Of a stretch of 64,000 nt of DNA, positions 56,381 to 64,000 are shown piece by piece; the stretch's first letter is position 1; each line of letters starts with the position of its first letter. The DNA comes from Polyangiaceae bacterium (GTDB lineage Bacteria; Myxococcota_A; Polyangia; Polyangiales; Polyangiaceae), in contig JBILLK010000002.1 of the NCBI GenBank assembly GCA_044376115.1, positions 1-64,000 on the forward strand. Direction: 5' to 3'. Made by a program: the position numbers and the translations under genes. The notes beneath the pieces are model-generated. The model worked only from the letters and a program-made list of their open reading frames with translations, was not told the origin of the DNA and ran no database searches.

Positions 56381-57601
56381 ATGCGCGCCTCCTTCTTGGC
56401 CTCTCTTTGTCTTTGCACGGCTTGCTTCACCTTCGTTGACTTCGAGCTCGGCGCTGGAGCCGCCGGCGCTGGAGCGGGCGGGCCGGGTGGTGCCGGTGGG
56501 CAAGGCGGGCAAGGCGGGCTTGGTGGACTGGGCGGCATCGGCGGAGAGGCCGGGGGGAGCAGCAGCGTTGTAACGGTAGGCGGCGGGCAGGGCGGGTGCG
56601 CTCCCTGCGGTAACGACTGCGTGGATACCACCATGAACGACGCGCATTGCGGTGCGTGTGACCACGATTGTGGCGGTGGAGCTTGCGAAGAGAGCGAGTG
56701 TCAGCCTTTTATTCTGGTCAGAGGCCAGGCGAACATTCACGGGCTAACGCTCGACGAGATGAACGCGTACTTCACGACTTCGAGCTTTAATGACGGGCCG
56801 AACGACGTCGTCGCAAGTGTCTCCAAAGCAGGCGGCGCTCTGACGATCTTCAGTGATATGGAGCAAGCCGCCCAGCACGTGATCGTGGTGGGCGAGCGGG
56901 TCTACTGGACCACCTGGGACGTCGGCGCAGTTCGTAGTGCGCCTTTGGACCAGTCGGATGGAGCACGCACTGAGTGGACTGGTGGAGCTGCGTTTGGGAT
57001 TCGCGCTCGCGGGGAACAGGTGGTCTTTGGCCGTTACGACGACGGACTCTCCTTGTTTTCCAGTGCGGCCGCCTCGCCTCCGCCGGTGACCTCCCTGTTG
57101 GAGCTGCTGCCTGGCGAAGCGGTCGCCCTATTCGACCTCGACTCGGCAAACGAGGACGTCGTGTTCACCGTGGCCAATTTTGGGAATGGGGTAAGGCGTT
57201 ATTCGCCGAGCCCGAATCCACAAGTATCCATATTGACCACAGCGGACTTCAACACCTGGGGCATGGCCCAGGACGCGAGCTATTACTATTACAGCGACCA
57301 AGGTTCGGGCGCGAACAGCGGCAAACTTTCACGCATCAGCAAATCCAGCGGCAGCGTGCAGGTGATGGCCACCGGCCTCAGTCGCCCTCGCGGCCTCGCC
57401 GTGGATGCGGACTTCGCGTACGTAGCCGAGTTCGGCGCCGTGAGGCGCGTGTCGCTCGTTGAGGTGAACGACTCTTTTGCGTCGTCGCTCATAGCGCCAG
57501 CCCAAGAGGCCACGATGATCGCGGTGGACGAGAAGTTCATCTACTGGACGAATTACGGCCAGTTAGGGGGCACGCTCTCAAAGCTGGCCAAGCCGCTATG
57601 A
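56381..57601 (+). CDS. Beta-propeller lipoprotein with a Cys-rich repeat, paralog 1
   Basis: CTAC lipobox, CGNDCVDT...HCGACDHDC, VYWT/YYYS/IYWT blades. Confidence 0.85.
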   Translation: MRASFLASLCLCTACFTFVDFELGAGAAGAGAGGPGGAGGQGGQGGLGGLGGIGGEAGGSSSVVTVGGGQGGCAPCGNDCVDTTMNDAHCGACDHDCGGGACEESECQPFILVRGQANIHGLTLDEMNAYFTTSSFNDGPNDVVASVSKAGGALTIFSDMEQAAQHVIVVGERVYWTTWDVGAVRSAPLDQSDGARTEWTGGAAFGIRARGEQVVFGRYDDGLSLFSSAAASPPPVTSLLELLPGEAVALFDLDSANEDVVFTVANFGNGVRRYSPSPNPQVSILTTADFNTWGMAQDASYYYYSDQGSGANSGKLSRISKSSGSVQVMATGLSRPRGLAVDADFAYVAEFGAVRRVSLVEVNDSFASSLIAPAQEATMIAVDEKFIYWTNYGQLGGTLSKLAKPL

Positions 57602-57614
57602 ACGAGAACTCGCT

Positions 57615-58853
57615 ATGAAACGCGCGCCCATCGTGCTTCTAGTTCTGACCTCCCTCGTGAACGGCGGCTGCGGCCTTTTGTTCAACACCGATGAGCTCCG
57701 CGGTGACGGGCGCGGTGACGGCGGTACACCGAGTAGCGGCGGTGAGGGCGGCAATCGTTCGGGCGGCGGCGGAAGCGGTGGAGCGACCGGAGGCGGCGGA
57801 AGCGTAAGCGCCAGCGTCGGCGGAAGCGGCGGCTGTTTTGGCAATGAGGTGCCCTGCGGTAACGACTGCGTGGATACCACCACCAACGACAACCACTGCG
57901 GGGCTTGTGATCACGATTGTGGCGGCGGGGCCTGCGAAGAGAGCGTATGCCAGCCTTTTGAGCTGGTCAGCGGCCAATACAATATTCACGGCCTCACGCT
58001 CGATGAGACGCGTGCCTACTTCACGACCTCATCGTTCCTTGATGGTCCCAATGACGTTGTGGCTGCGGTGCCGAAGGAAGGGGGCGCGCTGACGATCTTT
58101 AGCGATCAGGAAGCGGCGGCTCAACACGTCATCGTGGTCGGCGAGCGGGTGTATTGGACCACCTGGGATGAGGGGGAGGTTCGCAGTGCGCCCCTGGACC
58201 ATTCGGAGGGCGTGCGCACCGAGTGGAGTGGGGGCTTCGCCGCCTTTGGCATTCAAAGTCGGGGAAACCAAGTGGTCTTCAGTCTGTACAACCAAGGACT
58301 TGCCGTGTTCTCGATTGCGGATGCCTCGCCCCCGCCGGTGACCTTGATTTACGAACCGCAGAATGACGAAAATTTCGCCCTGTTCGCGCTCGACCCATTC
58401 AGCGACGACAACATCGTGTTCACGGTGCCTAATTCGGCGCAGGGCGTGAGACGCTATTCGCCGAGCGCTAATTCGCAGCCGCTCACCTCAAGCGATTACA
58501 ATACCTGGGGCGTGACCCAGGACGCGAGCTATTACTATTACAGCGACCAAGGTGCGGACGCGAGCAACGGCAAACTTCACCGCATTAGCAAAACAACCTG
58601 GCAGGCGGAGGAGATGGCCAACGGCCTCAATCGCCCGCGCGGCCTGGCCGTGGATGCGGACTACGTTTACGTCGCTGAAATCGATACCGTGCGCCGCGTA
58701 TCGGTCAATCCGATCGACAATGGCTCGTTTGCGTCGTCGCTCCTGGCCCCAGCCCAGGAGGCCACGATGATCGCGGTGGACGAGAAGTTCATCTACTGGA
58801 CGAACTACGGCGCCTTTGGGGGCACCTTGTTGAAGTTGGCCAAGCCGCTATGA
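57615..58853 (+). CDS. Beta-propeller lipoprotein, paralog 2
   Basis: NGGC lipobox; colinear with paralog 1 with near-identical DNA blocks. Confidence 0.85.
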   Translation: MKRAPIVLLVLTSLVNGGCGLLFNTDELRGDGRGDGGTPSSGGEGGNRSGGGGSGGATGGGGSVSASVGGSGGCFGNEVPCGNDCVDTTTNDNHCGACDHDCGGGACEESVCQPFELVSGQYNIHGLTLDETRAYFTTSSFLDGPNDVVAAVPKEGGALTIFSDQEAAAQHVIVVGERVYWTTWDEGEVRSAPLDHSEGVRTEWSGGFAAFGIQSRGNQVVFSLYNQGLAVFSIADASPPPVTLIYEPQNDENFALFALDPFSDDNIVFTVPNSAQGVRRYSPSANSQPLTSSDYNTWGVTQDASYYYYSDQGADASNGKLHRISKTTWQAEEMANGLNRPRGLAVDADYVYVAEIDTVRRVSVNPIDNGSFASSLLAPAQEATMIAVDEKFIYWTNYGAFGGTLLKLAKPL

Positions 58854-59818
58854 AGGATCTGCTCGTACTGCCGGTAAGGTCCACGTCGATGAGGCGAGGG
58901 CTCGCGCTGGCCTTCGCTTGTTTGACGCTTTCCGCTTCAACCATGGCCTGGGCGGGCAGCGCCGAAGAAGAGGCGCGCAAGGCCTTCGAGCAGGGGCTAG
59001 CGCTCGAAGCAACGCAGCCGCTCGAGGCGTGCAAAAGCTTCCGCAAGTCGCTCGAGTTCACGCGCGAGCTCGGCCCGCTGACCAAGGTGAAGGAATGCGA
59101 CGTGCGCGAAGGCCGGCTGGTGGAAGGGCGTGACAAGCTGCGCGAACTCACCGGCCGCCTCCCGCCGGAGGATCCGGATCTTTCGGCGCTCAAAACCGAA
59201 TTGGGCCAGGTTGAAGCTCGCATCGCGCGGATCGAGATCGCGCTGCGCCCGGGAGTCACCGTGGCGGTGCGCGTGACGCTGGACGCAAAGCCGGTGACGC
59301 TGCCTTCAACCGTCGAGGTCGATCCGGGGGCGCATGAGCTCGTGGTCGAGACCGAAGGCAAGCCGGTCGAGCGCTCGGCGCTCACGCTCGGAGACGGCGA
59401 AGCGAAGAAGCTCGAGGTCCCTTCGGAGGCCGCGTTGCGTGAGGCTCCGCCGGTGAGCGTCACGCCTGCGGAGGAAGGCCTCACCGGCCTCGGGATCGCC
59501 GGGCTGGTGATCGGGTCGGTCGGCGTCGCCGGCTTGATTGGAGCCGCCATTACCGGCGGCATGGTGCTCTCGAAGCAGAGCGAGTTCGAGCAGTGTCGCG
59601 ACGCCGACGCGCCCGCCCTTTGCGAAGAGGTGCTCAAGGAGGAAGGCGATACCCTGCTGGTCGCGAATGGCGCCCTGTTTATCGCCGGCGGTGCGCTAGC
59701 CGCGGTCGGGGCCACGCTCTTCATCATCGATCTTGCGAGCGGCCCCTCCGAAGAGCCGGCGCCGCGCGCTGCGTTGCGCATCGGGCCGAGCTCGGCCTCG
59801 TTCCAGCTCGCGTTCTAG
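58850..59818 (+). CDS. Myxobacterial TPR/PEGA-like membrane protein
   Basis: Signal peptide, EACKSFRKSLE helices, VEVDPGAHELVV Ig/PEGA-like domain, C-terminal Gly-rich hydrophobic helices. Confidence 0.8.
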   Translation: MKDLLVLPVRSTSMRRGLALAFACLTLSASTMAWAGSAEEEARKAFEQGLALEATQPLEACKSFRKSLEFTRELGPLTKVKECDVREGRLVEGRDKLRELTGRLPPEDPDLSALKTELGQVEARIARIEIALRPGVTVAVRVTLDAKPVTLPSTVEVDPGAHELVVETEGKPVERSALTLGDGEAKKLEVPSEAALREAPPVSVTPAEEGLTGLGIAGLVIGSVGVAGLIGAAITGGMVLSKQSEFEQCRDADAPALCEEVLKEEGDTLLVANGALFIAGGALAAVGATLFIIDLASGPSEEPAPRAALRIGPSSASFQLAF

Positions 59819-59822
59819 CCGG

Positions 59823-61238
59823 TCACTTGCACTTGCGGGTAAACGAGTCGAAGACGCACGGCTTCGCCGTCGGGGCGGGCGCAGCGGTGGGCACCGGCTT
59901 CGACGTTGGGGGCGGTAGTGGTTTGGCAACGAGCGGCTTTGCGCTCGGTTGCGCGCTCGCTTGTGCCGTCGGTTCGGGAGCTGCGGTAGCCGACGCTTGC
60001 GCGGAGCCGGTGGTGGCAGGCGTCACCAGCGTTTGCTGCGGGACGGTGGGAAGCTCTGTGGTCGGCGCTGCGCTCGGCAGCGGTGCAGCCTCGGGCTCAC
60101 CGTTGGTGGCGGCTACCGCGGGCGGCGTAAGGCGCTTCCACGCGAGCACGCCAACCCCGACTCCGACTACGGTGACGCCGCTGAGCGCGAGCACGGCAAT
60201 CCAAGGCGAGCGCTTGCGCGCCGCTCGGCGTCCCGCGTCGGTGCTGACCGGCGAATCACTCGGGCGCACCATCATGGTGTTTTGCAGCGCGTCCACTGCG
60301 GCCGTACCGAAGGTCTGCTTGATGTTCGGGTTGGTGTACGCCTCGGCCACCCACTCGCTCGGCGCCTGACCGTTCATCGCCGCACGCAGCGCGCTCAGCA
60401 TCTCGCTGGCATCGGCGAAGCGTTCAACGCGATGGCGGCGCAGCGCGCGATCGATCACGGCACCGATCGCCGGCGGGACGTGCGGCGCGAGCGAGCGCAC
60501 GGGGCGCGCGTCGGTGGTGGAGACCGCCACGATCAGCTCGGGCACCGTGGTCCCGATGTGCACGATTTCACCGGTCAACAGGCTGAAGAAGGAGGCTCCA
60601 AGCGACCACACGTCGCTGCGCGCGTCCACCTCGTCCCAGCGCGCGAGCGCTTGTTCGGCCGGCATGTACGCTGGCGTGCCCATCGGCACGCCGGTCGTGG
60701 TCAGCCGCGTCTGACTCACCACCTCTTTGACCCGCGCGATACCGAAGTCGAGCACCTTCACCGCGCCGTCTTTGCAAACGAACAAGTTTTCTGGCTTGAG
60801 ATCGCGATGCACGATGCCCTTCGCGTGAGCGGCAGCGACGATCTCGAGCGCAGCGCAGCCGTAGCGCACCACGTCGTCCACCGACATCGTCCCGCCAGTT
60901 CGCTCGGCGACGGCCTCGAGCGACATGCCCTCGAGCCGCTCCATCACTAAAAAGGGCAAGCCGTCGGCGGTCGTCCCATCGTCGAGGATGCGCACCACGC
61001 CGGGGTGGGCGACGCGGTTGGCGGCATAGCCCTCGAGGCGAAATCGATCCCGCGCCGTACTGTCTCGCGCCACGTCCGCATGCAGCACTTTGACCGCGAC
61101 TCGGCCCCCGTTGCGCGTGTGCTCGGCGGCGTACACAGCGCCCATCCCGCCGACCCCAAGTACCGCGTCGATGCGCCACTTGTCGTCCAGCACGAAGCCT
61201 GCGGGAAGTGTGGGCGAATCGGACACGGATGGAAGCAT
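59823..61238 (-). CDS. Ser/Thr protein kinase with TM helix and Pro-rich tail (GTG 61226 is a possible start)
   Basis: LGVGGMGAVY, VAVK, HRDLKPEN, DFGIA, GTPAYMPAEQ. Confidence 0.95.
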   Translation of the reverse strand: MLPSVSDSPTLPAGFVLDDKWRIDAVLGVGGMGAVYAAEHTRNGGRVAVKVLHADVARDSTARDRFRLEGYAANRVAHPGVVRILDDGTTADGLPFLVMERLEGMSLEAVAERTGGTMSVDDVVRYGCAALEIVAAAHAKGIVHRDLKPENLFVCKDGAVKVLDFGIARVKEVVSQTRLTTTGVPMGTPAYMPAEQALARWDEVDARSDVWSLGASFFSLLTGEIVHIGTTVPELIVAVSTTDARPVRSLAPHVPPAIGAVIDRALRRHRVERFADASEMLSALRAAMNGQAPSEWVAEAYTNPNIKQTFGTAAVDALQNTMMVRPSDSPVSTDAGRRAARKRSPWIAVLALSGVTVVGVGVGVLAWKRLTPPAVAATNGEPEAAPLPSAAPTTELPTVPQQTLVTPATTGSAQASATAAPEPTAQASAQPSAKPLVAKPLPPPTSKPVPTAAPAPTAKPCVFDSFTRKCK

Positions 61239-61331
61239 ACCTACTCACGGTCTCGTGCGCGAGTTCATGCCGGAAAGCCCAGGCTGGTGGTGCAAGCTGC
61301 CAGGCCGCGAAGCAACTGCTAGGGTGCGGCC

Positions 61332-62684
61332 ATGTTGCAGCGAGGGCGGCTCGGAGCGGCGCTATCTGTGGTCTTTGCGACGGCGTGCTCCGCCGGCGGC
61401 GAACGCGGTTCGCTCGCTGCGCCGCAAGGCAGCCCAGCCGAGGTGACGCTGAATGCGCCCGTCGTCGCTGCACCCTCGAGTTCGGCAGCGGCCGCGGGCT
61501 CGGCTGCGAACGAGCTTGCGGAGTGGCCCGAGCAGAAGGACGCGCGCTGGCCGGCGAGCTGCTTGCTCGAGAACCTGGGCGTGCATCCGAAGAAGCCGTG
61601 GCTCGCGCTGGCCTGCACCAACCCAAAGCCACTCAACGGAGCGGTGTTGGTCTTCGATCTCGAGCGCGGGACGTTGCTGAGTTCAACGCCCGTCGACGAA
61701 GGCGCCGGTTGGAATGAGAACCGAGCGCTGTTGCGTTGGCATGCGAACGGCAAAGTGCTCACGAGCAACTTCCGCACCAACGGCATCGGGCTCTTCGATC
61801 GGGCGACCTTCGTGGGGGCGGCGTATCCCGACCAAGGCCGCGATAGCGGGGTTGAGTACGTGTGGATCGGCGATCGGGTGTTCACCGATACCGGGGACCT
61901 GTTTGCAATCCAGCCCGGTGAGCGGTTCGAGTTCACGTCGTCTCAAACGGCGCCGCGCTGGTTCGATCTCGAGTGGAACGCCGAGTTGCAAGCGGTGGTC
62001 GGGCCCACCGAAAAGGGCCTAGCCGCCTACGATCCGCTGAAGCAGAAGCTCGTGTACGAACGCGCGCTGGAGGGGCGCGACAAGCTGTTCAGTCCGAACA
62101 CATCGGCGGATGGGCGCCGGATCGCCTTCGGCTCCGACCGCACCCGCGACGTACCGCACGAGGTGCTCGTGTTCGACACCAAAGACGGTTCGCTCCTGCA
62201 TACGTTGCAACCGAGCGGCGCGCGCATCGATGCGATGGTTTGGGGGCCGGACGGCCGGCTGGCGGTGAGCTCGACTGGCGCTCGCAAACGCGGCGAAGCG
62301 GCCGCACAGCATCTGGATGTCTTTCGCGGTGCGCAGCGCGTGAGCCTGAAGCTCGGTGGGCAGCGGCTCGTGGCCTCGAATACGGTGGATGAAGCGGAGA
62401 GCATCGCTTGGTCGCCGGACGGCCGCACGCTCGCGCTCTTGTTCGCGGACCAGGAACTGCGGCTCGTCGCGAGCGACACCGCCAAGGTGATTCGCTCGTT
62501 CCCAGCCGTGGCCGCGCCGATCTCGCCCGCGCTACCGCCGTTTTACAGCAAGCCGGAGCGTCCGCAGGGGCACGGCGGCGTGTTGTGGGTGGGCCCGCAT
62601 TGTGTGCGTCTCGCGCCGCACTTCGTCAGCGTCTTTTCGGTCGAGGGGAAGAAGCTTTTCGAGTGGGTGACGCCGGATCCCTGA
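61332..62684 (+). CDS. WD40-like beta-propeller lipoprotein
   Basis: ATAC lipobox; SADGRRIAF, WGPDGRLAV, IAWSPDGRTLA. Confidence 0.8.
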   Translation: MLQRGRLGAALSVVFATACSAGGERGSLAAPQGSPAEVTLNAPVVAAPSSSAAAAGSAANELAEWPEQKDARWPASCLLENLGVHPKKPWLALACTNPKPLNGAVLVFDLERGTLLSSTPVDEGAGWNENRALLRWHANGKVLTSNFRTNGIGLFDRATFVGAAYPDQGRDSGVEYVWIGDRVFTDTGDLFAIQPGERFEFTSSQTAPRWFDLEWNAELQAVVGPTEKGLAAYDPLKQKLVYERALEGRDKLFSPNTSADGRRIAFGSDRTRDVPHEVLVFDTKDGSLLHTLQPSGARIDAMVWGPDGRLAVSSTGARKRGEAAAQHLDVFRGAQRVSLKLGGQRLVASNTVDEAESIAWSPDGRTLALLFADQELRLVASDTAKVIRSFPAVAAPISPALPPFYSKPERPQGHGGVLWVGPHCVRLAPHFVSVFSVEGKKLFEWVTPDP

Positions 62685-62723
62685 GGGCTGGGTGCGCTCG
62701 GGCGCGCGTGGTAGGGAGGCGCG

Positions 62724-63545
62724 ATGAGTGCGTTCGAATCGGCAAGTGCGCTGCAGTTGGTGGAGAGCGAAGGCGGGCGGTCTCGCTTCGAGGGCAACCT
62801 GCCCGAGGCATGGGTGCAGGGCAAAGGCGCCTTCGGCGGCTTGGTGATCGGGGTGCTCACGCGCGCCTTGGTCCGCTGCGAAGAAGACCGTTCGCGCACG
62901 CTGCGTTCGGTCAACGCCGATCTCCTCGCCTCAACGCAGCCCGGGCCATTCACCGTGGAGGTCACGCACTTGCGGCGGGGGAGCAACGTCTCCTTCCTCG
63001 AGGCGAAGCTGCTTCAAAACGGCGCGCCGATGGCTCGCGGCGCTGCGACCTTGGCCTCGTCGCGCGAGGTCGCTCCCAGCGCTGTGATGCAGGCCGTGCC
63101 GGCGCCGGCGCTCGAGCCGCAGCCGCCCTGGCAGGATGCGCCGGTGCTGCCGGTGGAGCCGCCCGCTGGCCCGGTGTTCGCCGTGAACTACGAGTATCGC
63201 TCGTCGGGGCCGTATCCGTTTTCAGGCGAAAAGAGGCCGTGCGCTTGCGGCTATGTGCGTGAGCGAGAGGCGCCAGCGGCGCTCGATGAGGCCGCCATCG
63301 TCGGCTTGATGGACGCTTGGTGGCCGACCTCGCTCACCGTGGCCACGGGGCCGCGCATCGCGGTAACGGTGGGCTTCACCATGCAGCTCCTCAAGCGGCC
63401 GAGCTCGCTCGATCCGAAGGCGCCGCTCTACTACCGCGCCCACGCCGTTGGCGGTGGAGACAACTACTTCGTCGAGTTCCGCGAGCTGTGGTCGGGCAAT
63501 GAAGTCGTAGCGCTCAATCAGCAGACCTTCGCCATGCTCACCTGA
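62724..63545 (+). CDS. Double hot-dog acyl-CoA thioesterase
   Basis: WVQGKGAFGGL, LRRGSNVS, LMDAWWP; GGAGG SD. Confidence 0.88.
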   Translation: MSAFESASALQLVESEGGRSRFEGNLPEAWVQGKGAFGGLVIGVLTRALVRCEEDRSRTLRSVNADLLASTQPGPFTVEVTHLRRGSNVSFLEAKLLQNGAPMARGAATLASSREVAPSAVMQAVPAPALEPQPPWQDAPVLPVEPPAGPVFAVNYEYRSSGPYPFSGEKRPCACGYVREREAPAALDEAAIVGLMDAWWPTSLTVATGPRIAVTVGFTMQLLKRPSSLDPKAPLYYRAHAVGGGDNYFVEFRELWSGNEVVALNQQTFAMLT

Positions 63546-63548
63546 GGC

Positions 63549-64000
63549 TCACGGCTCGTCGGCTTCGTCGGCTGCTTCGGCTGCTTCGTCGGCCTCGTCG
63601 TCGTCGGGTGGCTCCAAGCTCTCTTCGATGGCGCGCCAACATTCGAGCACCCGCTCGGCGTCGATGTCGGCGTAGCCGCGGCTGCGCTCGAGTTCGCGCG
63701 CGTCGCGAGGCTCCATCGCGATGCATACGCCTTGGTCGCGCAGGCTCAGGATCTCCTCGTCGCTGAGCGCTACGCCCTTCTTGCTGCGCGCCGCCTCGAG
63801 CAGCACGCGCAGCGGCGGCATGAAGTTCATGCGCAGCTTGGCTTGCGGCCGGCCTTGGCTTACCGGCGGTCCGAGATGGAGCACGCCGAACGGGTTGTGG
63901 CACGCGTGGCCCTCCGGATACATCGTGTCGGGCCACCACTCGATGATCCGTCGCTGCGTCTCGGCGTCGGGCGAAAAGGTTTGCCCCGAGGCGAACAGCG
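63549..64000 (-). CDS. Partial hypothetical protein (DUF4261-like segment plus a C-terminal domain); 5' end lies outside the window
   Basis: The frame stays open to the window edge: LFASGQTFSPD...HNPFGVLHL...SRGYADID. Confidence 0.65.
   Translation of the reverse strand, partial: LFASGQTFSPDAETQRRIIEWWPDTMYPEGHACHNPFGVLHLGPPVSQGRPQAKLRMNFMPPLRVLLEAARSKKGVALSDEEILSLRDQGVCIAMEPRDARELERSRGYADIDAERVLECWRAIEESLEPPDDDEADEAAEAADEADEP

Overview
A GC-rich, gene-dense 64 kb chromosomal window, most likely from a myxobacterium of the Polyangiaceae/Sorangiineae type. This is an inference from the many Cys-rich lipoproteins with Gly/Ser linkers, the Hanks kinases, an ECF-FecR cassette and DUF1592/DUF1552 loci. 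About 55 genes can be supported; I found no rRNA, tRNA or CRISPR array. Highlights: (1) a divergent PolA-family protein that keeps both catalytic Asp residues but has Gly at the steric gate, altered template-reading residues and degenerate nuclease domains; (2) a translationally coupled CDGSH [2Fe-2S]-TIR fusion plus a compact NB-ARC/STAND ATPase; (3) three copies of a promoter-like TGAGCCGATC-N13-CGCAC motif linking an ECF sigma/FecR cassette to an mbnP-mbnH pair and a divergent lipoprotein gene; (4) TANNNT boxes 6-10 nt upstream of many start codons, suggesting widespread leaderless mRNAs; (5) a cheB-cheR-PAS fusion broken by an in-frame TGA and a frameshift; (6) a probable IS110 right end at the window start; (7) a VgrG-tip-like mini-gene with two paralogous lipoproteins; (8) a small lipoprotein with two AYGVP motifs, a possible splicease substrate. 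All family assignments come from motif recognition by eye; no searches were run.
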